A stretch of 52,303 bases of DNA from Catajapyx aquilonaris. Its lineage: Eukaryota. Position 1 is the stretch's first letter, and every line of letters begins with the position of its first letter. The notes under the pieces are model-generated. The model was not told where the DNA came from, searched no databases, and was given only the letters and a program-made list of their open reading frames with translations. This document shows, one piece after another, positions 22,870-42,375 of the stretch. A program made the position numbers and the translations under genes. The stretch covers positions 1 through 52,303 of the forward strand of contig KZ538718.1 in NCBI GenBank assembly GCA_000934665.2. Direction: 5' to 3'.

Positions 22870-24297
22870 CTGAAAGGAAAGACACAGCAACATATTAGGA
22901 ATCATGATTTACATAATCCGCACCACACTTGACTCCCATTCATGCAGACACTGATTCCAATTAAGTTTGTATTGTGTGGGTGGATAACCTTGAAATTAAT
23001 AATTTCTAATATAACCCATTTGGCTTCATATGTCAGTTTCCACCCACTCCCTTATCTGAATGCCACCATTTACAGACACTTAAAAGCGATATAAGCAGAA
23101 TAAGGATTGCAAAGACACTGAATTGTCATGTCTTGTGTTATAATTTCCTTTTGATGCAAGCTGATTTCTATTACATGAGTTCAAGACAAATGAAACAGTT
23201 ACATAATTATGGTACATACAGTATGCAGTATTAGTCTGTTCATGCATGCATTATTAGGATTTAATCACTCCCATTATACTGTTGCATGTCAAAACCCTCC
23301 AAAGATAGCGACGAATGCCAAACTGGTAATTAATTTTCCATTTAATTACAAATATATTATTCAGCATGTACTACTCGCTAAAAGTTCCATTAATTTCTTT
23401 AATTCCAATTATTCTCATGATCCACGAACTAGCAAGAAACTATCAAAGTTCTCATTAATTAATTTATACCTTCTGAAAATTGACTAATTCATAACTTGCA
23501 GTACACTCTGGTGGGGAGGGACAGTAAAAAGAAGAGTTAAAAAACAAGGACACCAAAGGACATGACCTGGTAAACACGGAGAGAGGGAGAGTCTTGTCAC
23601 ATCTACATTGAAGAAATTTCTCCAGATTTAAAGCACATCACACTGGGCACAAGATCACGACATGACTCTCCAAAGGCAATCACATACTCATTGTAATGTA
23701 AACTGGACACTGCCTACACCAGTTTGGTAAGTGAATTAACTACAAAGATTACTGAATTTAGCACAATTTGATCTTTCATACGCAGTATATGATTAAAAGT
23801 TGAGGAATGGTGAGGGGGGAAGGCAAATGCTATGATTTTGTCAATCTCACTTCCGTTAATTGAAGATTGACTACGGATGGGGTTCACATATGCATGTTCC
23901 TGTTTTGCATATTTAAGACAAATTCTGTTAATTGCATGCACTATGCTCAAAAGTGCAATATTATCACTGACAGAAGTCACAAAAAATACGATGCATCCAT
24001 CGATTATTCCATGTAATCAAGCCGCACCTTCCAATAACGTGAATGTGAGCTTATTCTGGTACGCATGGCAGCACAAAGTTTGCCGTTTGATATCAAACTC
24101 TCTCAATTTAGCCCATCATTTTCGTTTACAATTCTGTCAGGAACAGTTGCACTTACATGCAAAATAGTAAAAGTGCATTCAAAACATCACATCCAAACAT
24201 GCGGATTCATGAAAGAAATCTACTAACATGTACTTGGTTAGCAGTTTTTAAAAGGTTTATCAGAGCCTTATTTTTTAGCACGGAAAAATAAGGCATT

Positions 24298-31453
<7,156 letters not shown>

Positions 31454-31539
31454 CCTTGGGCTGAACACGCTGGCCGAGGTCAGGTTGGATCGGATCAGCG
31501 TCTTGGCCCGAAGCGGTTCGTTGCCCAGCCCTGGCATCA

Positions 31540-32300
31540 CTGAGACGCGGGAACCAGAGGGGAAGGCCTTTCTATCCGGAGCCAATCACGAAGGGGACAT
31601 GGCCCGGGTCACGCCTCACCCTCGACCAATCAAACGCCGTCTCGATACGTCAACAGTGCAGATCGGAGTGGGAAACGTGGAGAGTGGCGCCTCCTTCGCA
31701 CAATCGGGGAACTGCAGCCGCCATGACGAAATGGGGCGAAATAACTTCAGTTACACTGGCCACATGTATTAGCTACCAACATGCGCACGGCGTTTAACTA
31801 TATGGGTTAACTCGTGTTAACTAGTGATGTATCAAAATAGTGCAACGAAAATTTATTGGGACAATTTACGGAATTTGCATACGACCAATTTTATTCAATC
31901 AATCAATTCGGGCCTATTCCGTCAATAACACTCAAATTATGTTAGTAGTTAAAGCGTAACTAATAATTTGCCGTAACGTCACTTTCTAGATGGCGGACCT
32001 CTTTCCGTCTTTAGTGATGTGTTTCATTGGTTGTCACGTGCTTCTTCCCATGTTGGAGATCGGACCAATCACAAAATCGGGTCCGGCTCAGAATCGATTA
32101 CATTGCGAGTTTTACATTAAAACTAATTTATTTGTAGTTATTGATAACATTATGGCTGTTCAGCATGGAAAGTGAGATAATGACATGTTACATTGTGTGA
32201 GTGAACTTGTACTGGTAACTGTGTGGCTTGATCGATACTGGCCCCGCTCTATGCCTCGAGGAAGAGCACGTGTCTTCTTCTTCTGGGCTTGAAACCTTTG
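31540..32300. promoter_or_regulatory. Bidirectional promoter region between Prps and the F-box gene
   Basis: Divergent starts less than 0.9 kb apart. CCAAT boxes (~31582, 31627, 32066; ATTGG ~32026), GTCACGTG at ~32033, AGATGGCGG at ~31988. Confidence 0.55.
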
Positions 32301-32325
32301 TCTGCAGGATTCCTGGTGCGGAGAG

Positions 32326-33719
32326 ATGGGCTGCCTGCCGACTAGGGTGCTGCGGGAGGTGGACGGGCATGAAAAGGTTTGGTCCACGCCACTCATTTAT
32401 GCTCTGAAAGAGTAGCCTTTGACCGATTCATTCCTCTTCCAGGCCAATCAATCTCGCTTATTCCCCGACGAGCTTCTCCTCAAGATCTTCAGCCACCTGG
32501 GCCAACGTGACCTGCTGCTGGGGGCCGCCCTGGTGTGCAAGGACTGGGCCAGGGTGGCCATGGACCCTTTGCTGTGGACGGAGGTGGAGCTGGTCAGGTC
32601 AAGGAGGTTGAGCATGGAGAGGGCCAAGGAACTGATCCGGCACATGACGTGGCTGAGGAAGGTGCGGCTGGTTCATTGGGAGCCCCCTCGTGTTAATTGG
32701 TATGATTGGAAGAGTCCTACGGTCTATGTGGATCTGGATGATTGGAAGAATCTTGCCCAGTATGCGGATGAACTGCTACAGGTCATTGTAGAAACACATC
32801 CCAAATTGGAAGTGCTGGAACTCGCTCATTGCAACTTTATCTACATGGATTGTCTGGAGCAGGTGGCCTCCAAGTGAGTAGGATCGCAGTTGTTCCAACT
32901 GCAATAAAATGTGCTCAAAAATAACATCAACAGAATCATGTTAATTCTTATTTTCTTTTCTGTGTTTTGAACAGTTGTACAGACATTAAGGAGCTGGCGG
33001 TTAATTGCAGCAGTGTGTGGCACCCTAATTATCCCCACATATTTGATGTGTTTGGCAACAGTTCCAATCTGGAGAAGATCACTCTGAGATCTAACGAATT
33101 CTTAAGTTATTGTCATCTGGACACATCCACGAGAAGGAATTGGCCTAAACTCAGGGAAGTCGACCTGTCCCGGTTCTTCGGCACTGCTGACAGAGAGTTG
33201 GAGGTGGTGTGCAGAAGTGCTGCAGGATCTCTTCGGAAGCTTAGCATTTTTTCCGCGGTTGGACATCAGGCTCTGCTGAATCTGAGTCAGTGCACTCTAC
33301 TGGAAGACCTGAGTGCCTTGGTATTTAAGACGGATCATCTGAATCAGCCCATTAGAAACCTGAGGAACCTCCGCCGGCTTAATCTGGTTCCGGGGGTTCA
33401 TGAGGTCTGGGACTCGTTCTTCTCTATGCAGGGAGTATTTCAGAAACTTGAGAGGATTGATTTGAGCCAGTCTCTACAATTAAGTGACACAATCCTCTCT
33501 GAGATTGCCACACACTGCCCTGAACTGACCAGTATTTACGTGAGCAGTAGAGGTATAACCAAGGATGGGCTGGAAGATCTTCTCACCCGATCTCACAAAC
33601 TCAAGTCTCTGGAAGTCCTGCTTATAGGCAATACAGAAGAAACAGAACATTGCCTCAGAGATCTGAAAGAATTGCGCACCTTTTTCCCAGACATAGATGT
33701 GGTAGCCAGAAATTTTTAG
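32326..33719 (+). CDS. F-box/leucine-rich-repeat (FBXL-type) protein (~408 aa)
   Basis: Exons 32326-32376 (start inferred), 32443-32873, 32975-33719. F-box FPDELLLKIFSHL...VCKDWARVAMDPLLW, then LRRs (LEVLELAHC, LREVDLS, LRRLNL, LERIDLSQS...IATHCPELTSI). Confidence 0.88.
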
Positions 33720-35527
33720 GTTGAATATTTTCCGAATATTTTTTGTGATCTGGTGAAGTGAAGAGTGTTTGACATGCTACTGCCATTCGTACCAGTAATT
33801 TTGTACTCTTATTGGGTGTTTTGTACTCCTTTTGCATAGGGATAATAAATTGCCAACTGAAGCCCACTTGCTCCCCCGAGATGGTGTGTTCCTTCCTGCC
33901 TGCTTGGCGTAAAAGCATGATGAGGATCGTTTTGCTTGCAGAAAAACCCTGCTAGGTGGAGAGGCCAAGAGATGCGTGCAAAATGGAGGATGGTCCAGGA
34001 GCCACCACAGGTAGGTCACCTGGAGGAGGTCATCATAAATGAGCCTGCATCCTACCATTCCTACCATGCATTCCTACCATTTATAGCTAAACTGAATTCC
34101 TCTTCAAAACGCCGCAGAAAATTAAAAACCACTAATAAATGCGTTTTTATTTTTTTGCGCCATAACTATTAGGATTTCGGTTTCTTCTTCAAAGGGCCGA
34201 GTGTGCAGTGGGATGGTGCGGATCGGTGCAGATCTATATTCAAAACTTCCCAGTTTCAACTGCTACAGGATTGAAGTTATGATTTCTTCCCCCATATTTT
34301 GCACATAAAATTACTTCATTTGTTCATGATACCGACATCACCTAGCATTAGGCAACGTCAATTCCTGTTTACCACCATATTATTGTGATATGTTGTCGGG
34401 GCCCAAATGTTACACTGCTGCTCTGGCGTGAACATCATAATCGTATGGGTGAATTTATTTGCTGTTGTTTTCCCCTGAACCTCACAGGGAGGATTTTGAG
34501 TTGACTGTTTTGTTGGGAACTGTATAGTGCTGCAGTGTTCAGTTGACCGGCAGTAAGTTCTTCCCGTTTTTTTTCTTCTTCTTCCTGGCTTGGGAGCTTG
34601 GGTCCTCCCATACCTCGCTGTGGGAGGGTCACCACTTCCAGCAGAAGGGTCAGTGGTCACTCGTGGTATTTTTGGCAAATAATCGTAGATAGAGCAATGT
34701 ATGACTAATCAAAAAAATTATTAATCAACAAAATTTATAAAATTAAAATTATTGTGCCAATAGTTATTGTCATGTTCTCACAGCTACAATCAATGTGCCA
34801 ACTGGAAAGAAATAAGCACAGCAAATGATTTATGCTTGCAATCATATTTGAGCCCTGATATATTAATTTGTTAGTCGCACTAATAATAAAGCGTTTTAGA
34901 GTGGAGAATACATCGGGTGTATAGCTATTACACCATGAAATATATAGGCTATTACCTAGAATTCCACAAAAATCTCAAATATGTTCTTAGTGATTCCGTC
35001 CACTGAAAATGAGGACGAGCCTTACGAGAAAGGGTCCAGTTCATTGGCTCATTCGCATGAATATGGAGAGAGCAGGCTCATCACTGAAATGTGCAGATAT
35101 GTGGTAGCAACTTAAAAGGCAGTGTTTGGTACAAATCAGCTTCTGCCTTCAATTTTTCAAGCTGAACCAGCACAAAATTGATGGCAATAGAAACTGTCTT
35201 TATTTCAACATGTACACAATGGCAGCATACATTTCGCTGACGTTTTTGCTCCCAGAATTTTTTTCCAGTTATTTAAAAACTATTGGAGTTTTGATGTGGT
35301 TGCCATTACAGTTCCATTCAAAGCTTGATCAGGGTACAAAAAAGTACAAACAACAGCTTCGGGTGAAAGTTACAATAACTAAAAGGACCCCAGTACTTGG
35401 ACAACAATGCATAGTGAAACCTAACTCATCAATAATAATCATATTTACACAATGTAAATTAAACCCGCATCTGTTGTTCATCGACATATCATTTTTCGGC
35501 ATCGATTGGTCAGAATTTTTAGTTCCA

Positions 35528-36244
35528 CCGGAGCAGGTTGGTGTGGTGGTTAACCCTTAGCTACGTAGGTGGGTTAAACACCTTTAACTACGTAGGTGGA
35601 GCCTGAGAGGCTGCAACGGTATATTTCAATTTCTGCTTATCAACTAAATTGTTATATTGGACTTTTCACATACAGAAAGTGGAGTTCAGATCATTAGGCT
35701 TCCGAAAACGTAAAAATCACACTGTCTCACACTGAGTCAGCATATTCCGACAGGGAAAAATTCTTAATTAAAAGGTTACATCATGCTTGAGCCGCTCATC
35801 TTCACCTGCACAGGTAGAGCCAGTATAGAGTCCAGGAGGGACCTGTTCCTCGTTACGAATTTTTTTAAACCAAACAATAGGGACTAAAAAAAAATTTCTT
35901 TCCTTTTCATGCTTAGGAAGATTTTTCTGACAAAGTCACGGAAGGGCAGGGGAAAATAAAATTCAATGAAAAAGTTATATGCGTTTAAATAGTGGTTGGA
36001 GCCTCTCAGGCTCCACCTACGTAGTTAAGGGTTAAGGAGCCCGACTACTAATCGGGAGGTCCTGGGTCCGATTCCCGGTGCCGGCGACCCTGACCGTGGT
36101 TTTCTGTGGTTTTCCACGGTCCTCCCAGGTTAATTCCTGGATAGCTTCCGTATAATAGGCCACAGCCGCTTCCTTCCTTCCCTATCCACCCCCCTAATGG
36201 AGAGCCAATTCTCCCAACAGGGTAAATAAAATAAAATAAAATAC
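35528..36244 (+). mobile_element. tRNA-derived SINE interrupted by a piggyBac-type MITE
   Basis: Target-site duplication ATTTTTAGTTCCA at 35515-35527 and 36245-36257. A box GGTTGGTGTGGTGGTTAA, B box GGGTCCGATTCCC, body with GGCCACAGCCGCTTCCTTCC, (TAAAA)n tail. Confidence 0.8.
35554..36031. mobile_element. piggyBac-type MITE
   Basis: TTAA|CCCTTAGCTACGTAGGTGG ... CCACCTACGTAGTTAAGGG|TTAA, with a longer subterminal inverted repeat. Confidence 0.8.
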
Positions 36245-36466
36245 ATTTTTAGTTCCAAAGAACATTCCATTGAGTCCATGAGAGAGGTTTTGTGTAATCA
36301 CCACACCATTGAAAGAGACCCAGCAAATTTCATGAGTACACTTGACATTTGCTGGGTCTCTTTGATTTTATTGTTCAGACTAGAAAGGGAACATTCCGCT
36401 AAACAAATAACTTCAAAGACAAGCCAAAAAAATGCAATTGAATTTTAGTGGAAAAATATCAGTGTA

Positions 36467-36874
36467 CAGTGCTGGCCATAATAGCCGTCGCTGAATGTTT
36501 TTTCCGGCAGCGACGGGATTACCTGGCAACCCCGTCCGGCGGGCCAATTCAAACATCAGCCCATGGACAGCGCTTCCATTGTTGCCACTGTTTACAAATC
36601 GAGTGAGTAACCCCAAAATGACTTATTGCTTCTAACATCATTATTTTCCCCGGTTTCTCCTGCGTATATCCCTGCAGATACTGTGTAAGCAGGCAGAAGA
36701 GACCCGTCGCTGGGTCGTCCGCGTCACTCACTCGATTTGTAAACAGTGGCAACAATGGAAGCACTCTCCATGGGCTGGTGTTTGAAATGGCCCGCCGTAC
36801 AGGGTTGCCAGGTAACGCCGCCGCCGTCGCCGCCGAAAAAAAACATTCAGGGACGGCTAATTTGTCCAGCACTG
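36467..36874. mobile_element. TA-flanked Tc1-like MITE with long imperfect TIRs
   Basis: TA|CAGTGCTGG...AGCCGTCGCTGAATG ... CATTCAGGGACGGCT...CCAGCACTG|TA; arms pair over ~140 bp. Confidence 0.75.
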
Positions 36875-36876
36875 TA

Positions 36877-37089
36877 CAGTCGGTTAAAGGAGTATGTTAC
36901 CAGACCCCTAACCTAGAAATTAGCCTCCAACAGAGGTGCTGCCTAGGGGAGTGAGATTTATTGTATCAGGGGGAAGAACAGAGGTGCTGCTTCCCCCTGA
37001 TACAATAAATCTCACTCCCCTAGGCAGCACCTCTGTTGGAGGCTAATTTCTAGGTTAGGGGTCTGGTAACATACTCCTTTAGCCGACTG
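36877..37089. repeat. Near-perfect 100-bp-arm palindrome (fold-back MITE)
   Basis: 36877-36976 versus 36990-37089 with one mismatch; 13-nt loop; TA-flanked. Confidence 0.9.
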
Positions 37090-38286
37090 TACATAACGTT
37101 TTTTTTTGATGTAGTAAATACAGTTGATAGAAGATACTTCTGCGGAAATCAGTATTCCTCTGAGGTTTTCTATAAACAAATGCACAGGTCATATAATTAT
37201 GGAAGTATGGCAGGACCAGCCTTGCAAGTTGGCTATAACCGAGGTTGCTTATAGCCAAGGCTCTTATATCCAGAGTCAACTGTACATGCAAGCAAATGTG
37301 ACTTGTTTTCCATTTTATATGGGCCCTGCATTTATCGTTTTCCTGTATCCATCGCCATTTTTCAGTTCCTGACAAAATGACAAAGAAGGGGGAGTAAAAA
37401 AAAACTTCAAAGGCATTCTATTGGCTTGGAATGGATCTAATATAGCAATCACCCCAGACTCCAACAATATTGGCGGATTGTACAAGAAATGAAGCAATCC
37501 TGACCTTTCAATATTAACAAAAGAGAACTGGAAAAAGGACGGGGGGAAGGGGGGGGGGGGGACAGCCAAAGATGACAAAAGAGGAAATTGAGCAATCCAG
37601 CACAAGAAAGCTGCAATGCCACGAGAGCCGCAAAACAATTCCAGCAAAAGTCAAATAAATACCTACTTTCTCTAGACTGATAACAGGTTAAAATATATCC
37701 ACTGCTGGCATCACTGCAATTTCCCAAATCAGTAACTTAAAATTACATGTGTGCAGGTGACAGATTTAAGGCTGACACTCTTACTGGGGCTTTGGGGCAG
37801 TGCTTTCAACATTAAAAGGCACACGCCATTGCAAGTCACTTATCAAAATGAGCACTATGATAAATATTCTTGACGTTTGTGATGGTCTATTTTGAACAAG
37901 AGGTATTGGAAGAGTATTTTTTCCCCACTCACATCATCCTGCAGTAATCACCTACATCATGTTTTTAAGAATATTGATCCTCATCCTCTTCGTCTCAGTT
38001 GGGAATAGTGAACAAACTTGCAATGGAGAGTAACCATAAGACAGAAAAATTCTCTGACTAATGCACACTTCAACTCAGAACATTACCTGGTAAATCCTCT
38101 CTGAATAGCACTTACTCCAGGTGAAACAAGCGACAGCAATAATCAGCCACCTTACGTCACAACCCTGAGAACTGCAGTCAAGCTGTGACAGTAAATAAAT
38201 GACAGCCTATGAAAATGGTGATGGTCAAAATTTAATGAGACGCCTGCATAAAACCACCACGCTTGATGGTTGGCTGGCTGAACCAA

Positions 38287-39589
38287 TCAGATGAAAACAG
38301 GGTGAAATCCCTTGGCTGTCAACTTCTTACGGCACTTTGGGCACCTTTTGTCAACCTTCAGGGAATCTTGGAGGCATTTGGTGCAGAAGAGGTGGCCGCA
38401 GGTGGTCGAGCTAACTCCGCTTCCCCTGCTATTCAGCTGTTCCAGGCAGATGGCACATTCCGCACCAATGGAGGTTACCTTTGAACGCTTGCCACTTGGC
38501 AGCTCACTGGGAGATCCCTCCCGTTTCTGCTGCTTGGCCTGGGAAGACTTTCTTTTCCCTTGCTTCTTGGTTGGGGAAGTGCGTCTTGGTGGGGAAGTCT
38601 GTCCCGGGGGGGACTCGTCATCAGGCACCCAGTCCCCATCAGAATCTGAGTCAGAGTCCAGTTCAATAGTGTCATCACCTTGGATATTGCTCACGTGGAT
38701 CCGTGTGCGGTTGCCAGAAGTCTCTAAATTGCATTGGAGAAGTACCTGGGTTAGTTCCAACATGCTGATGAATTCAAGATTCCACAGGAGTTAGTGTATA
38801 TCTACACAAAACTACTTCCAAACCAACAAAAAAAATGCTAAGTGCGGCCAAACTTAATGGATAAAAAAGGTGGGACAAGTCTAATCGAGTAGGGTCAATT
38901 GATTCATTTGCGTGAAATTTACGCCAGAAATTTAGAAGCTTTATTAATTTGCATAATGACGAGGCAAGTGGTTACATACAAGATTATTATCTTAGGCATC
39001 ACCTGTGTGGCCTGCCTGCACTTCACCAGTTTGTTAGGGTTTGATGTTAATGTAAACTACCAAGACCTAAATTTCAGAATGTGTTATGTAAGGACATGCA
39101 CGAAATGAGTCAGTAGCTGTCTAACATGACCTTCAACACAACCCTTTGCAGCCACACTAGTTACTGCATTGCTTAGCAATTTCCTTGCCATTTGTCTCTA
39201 CCATTTCCTGTCACGTTTCGTATCTTATCAACATAATTGAGAATCCAGACAGCCACATCCTCTGATACAGAAAAAGAAAGCAGATGTGACAGCTCGTAAA
39301 AGTAAGCAGCCTGTAATAATGACACCACTCCAATACCAACCACATGAGCTTTATGATTATATGCACTGGCCACAACAATAATTCGTAACCAACTTAAAAA
39401 GCCTTTTTAAAAAAAAAAAAAAAAAAAAAGGGAGAGACTCTCACCACAGTGCAGGGAGCTTCCAGTGCGCAGCCTGAAGGATGCCCTGCTTGGACTTCCC
39501 TGGGTAAAGCTATCATCATCCTGGGTCAGGTCAATCACAGCACCATTGACATTCAGAGACAAAGAGATGGTTTTTCTCCAGGTAGCCAT
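38287..39589 (-). CDS. RNF4: RNF4/Degringolade-like SUMO-targeted E3 ubiquitin ligase (~193 aa)
   Basis: Exons 39589-39445 and 38723-38287 (phase 1; CTAAC branch point). SIMs VIDLTQDDD and TIELDSDSD; C-terminal C3HC4 RING CAIC...STTCGHLFCTKC...CPKCRKKL ending FHPVFI*, like the RNF4 YHPIYI tail. Upstream UTR exons are likely. Confidence 0.85.
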
Positions 39590-40079
39590 CGCATCAGTAG
39601 TTATCTGTCATTTACAGTGAATGAAGGAAAAATGCAGTTACTTTTCACATAATTATGAAAAATACGTTTGTTGACAAACACTACTGAAAGCCCAACTTTC
39701 AAAACTTTCACAAGCTTAGCTGCTAAATACCACTTCACAAAGATAAGATGTGAGTTAATCTGAATACACATGATTTTCTCATTGTGCGACTTATTTCTAA
39801 ACCTTTCTTTCCCTTCCACCCAGTCTCTTCTCAGCTTCTATCACCAATGCAGGCAATCTATGGGACGCAAAAAAGGACTCAGATGTCAAGTCTCATAATA
39901 CAATAGTAACGAGACTCTCGTGACATCGACTCAATGATGTGAATACAACAAGCTTCTTGCTCCCATGTACACTCCAAGATGATAATGTGGCCTTTCCAAA
40001 AGTCCCAATAGGTTTCACAAGCTTCACTAATGAAAACAGTCTGTGAATGTAGGTCCCAGAATCATTCCAAGGTTAAATA

Positions 40080-40826
40080 CAGGGTTGGGCATAATGATTA
40101 ACAGTATTTGAATCACGTGGTACGGTGGTGCTATTTGCGCATCCGCTGGATATTGGCATGTGCTGGAGTGGGGAAGGTATGCCATTTGCAAAAATTGCGC
40201 CGTGGTCAGCAGAACACCATGCATTCGTCGTGGAGGATTATTTTGAGTCCACCGTAGCTGTAAAGGATATTTCTTCGCCTTTTTGGGCAGGGACGTCAGG
40301 ACAACGTCCTCGACCACCAGACGTTCATAAGGTGGGTGAAGCAGTTCTGGGACACAGCTTCAAACCGGGACCAGAAAGCACTGGACGTCAAAGAACACAG
40401 AGGACCTCAACGGGTACAAGAGGTAGGGAATGCGCTACTCCGAAGTCCTCAGCGATACGCCATTATATTTGAAGCTCCGTTGAGGGGTCTGATGTGTCCT
40501 TTTACATCCAAGTGCTGTCTGATCCCGGCTTGAAGCTGTGTCCCAGAACTGCTTCACCCACTTTATGAACGTCCGGTGGTCGGGGACTTTGTCCTGAGGT
40601 TCCAGCCCAAAAAGGCGAAGAAAGATAATTTGTACAGGTACGGGGGACTCATTATTTTTAAAATAATCCTCCACAACGAATGCATGGTGTTCTGTTGACC
40701 ACGACGCAATTTTTGCAAATGGCATACCTTCCCGACTTCAGCATATGCCAATCTCCCGCTCATGGGCAAATAGCACCACCGTATACCACACGATTCAAAT
40801 ACTGTTATTCATTTTGCCCAACCCTG
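40080..40826. mobile_element. Fold-back Tc1/mariner derivative made of two inverted left ends, including the transposase HTH start
   Basis: TA|CAGGGTTGGGCA ... TGCCCAACCCTG|TA; arms ~300 bp. Both arms begin MPFAKIAxWSxEHHAFVVEDYF; the right arm continues ...VPDHRTFIKWVKQF (DUF4817-type HTH from memory). Confidence 0.8.
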
Positions 40827-41706
40827 TACATTACAAAAAGTCAATTCAGACTCTAGTGAGCCAGTTGTCCTTTGTGGCAGCAGAGCTGCCAAATACTCCG
40901 AAAATGAACCAAGTCCACGCCTCTTTGGGGGCAACCCTCCTAAGAGCAGATGACACATCAGGAGACAGATGAAAGAGGAAAAGGAAAATGTTACATGATA
41001 GTGACTTGGAAAGCATGGTTTTGTTCAATGTTATTTGGGAAATAAGCTTGAGAAAACCATCCACTTGCTGCAAGATTCTCTTTCGGAATATTTTCAGCCT
41101 GCCTTCCTACCACTTGGATGTAAACGGAATTACAGTGCGGAAAACAAAATGGCGATCTGACGTCATCGAGGTTTCGATGGAACACACAACAGTATGAGTA
41201 AACAATGTCAACAAAAAAGAACAACGTAAGAAACGATGAAGTCAGGTCACCGTTTGGTTTTCCGCACTGTAGGTCCCTGAGCAATAATTACTTGCTGGGA
41301 TTTTGATACCATTTCCCTACGACCTAAGTGGTGAGTTAGTCTAATAAAATTCCCACTGGAGATGAAGTTGGAAACAACAAAACTCAATACGAGAGAAAAG
41401 CGATGCCTGGGCTTGGGATCAAACCTGGGGATCTGTCATAATAATCTGGGTAGTGCTTGACCTTATGGTATGCAGCACTGACCATTATCATGCCCTTTGT
41501 ACATTGTACACTTCTTTGGAACCTTTAGCAAAGCGCCCAGGCCCACAGGCAGGGTGACTGGGAGGGGATGTGCAAGATGCGAGTGCAATGTAATTGCTTG
41601 GTCATTTTGTGAACTCCCCCGAGTGGATTAGTCTGTTGGAGATTCCGTCCGAGATGAAGCCAGACACGACCCAACTCTGCACGAGATGAAGGGGGGAACC
41701 CCAGGC

Positions 41707-41919
41707 CAGTGGCGTACCGAGAGAGGGGAGAGAGAGAGAGAGAACAATAAGCCCGCCGCGGGCGAAATTTTTTTGGGGGTTGAAGGTCACAAGCTTAGGT
41801 GAATGCAATAATGTTCCTACTCTCTCTCTCTCTCTCATTTTGCGCCCTCTAAATTTTGGCGCCCGGAGCAACGGGCCCCGGCTGCCNNNNNNNNNCCCCC
41901 CCCCCATGATAAGCCACTG
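41707..41919. mobile_element. CAGTGGC-ended MITE, apparently inside a SINE remnant; spans a small N gap
   Basis: CAGTGGCGTA ... TAAGCCACTG ends with similar flanks (CCAGGC/TCAGGC); B-box-like GGGATTGAACCC follows at ~41929. Confidence 0.45.
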
Positions 41920-42200
41920 CTTCAGGCTGGGATTGAACCCGGGACCGTAACATCCGTGGGAACATACGTTACTGCAGCGCCACTCCGCCTCCCCGGACCT
42001 ATCATAATGGGGAACCAAGAAAAGACTGCATGGATTAGGTGGGGTTTTCCAACTTTTCAGCCCCCCTCCCCACCCCCTATGTTTACCATGAAGTAGAGTA
42101 GCCAGGTGGGGATTTTTTTTTTCCAACATGGATATGGGATATTCCAGGTTCTACTTCAAAACCCCAGAAAATCCATACAGTCGTTTCCTGGACGCCCTAA

Positions 42201-42375
42201 TAGTAGAGGTTATACAGGGTGACTCGAAAGACGCGTTTACATGCGAGCTACTTGGTCAGCGATGTTGTTAAGCGAAAATAACAATATATATTCACCCCAA
42301 AGAATCCATCTCATCGCTGACCAAATAGCTCGTATGTAAACGCATCTTTAGAGTCACCCTGTATAACCTCTACTA
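42201..42375. repeat. Palindromic element: Harbinger-like MITE core plus 25-bp perfectly inverted outer arms
   Basis: TAGTAGAGGTTATACAGGGTGACTC ... GAGTCACCCTGTATAACCTCTACTA around GCGTTTACAT...ATGTAAACGC. Confidence 0.75.

Noticed and set aside
33936..34678. Short ORFs and an exon-like AG..GT segment after the F-box gene
   Set aside because: No recognisable domain or consistent splice chain.
36030..36090. tRNA genes here and at ~44500 and ~45490
   Set aside because: A/B boxes are present but no intact cloverleaf; followed by SINE bodies and tails.
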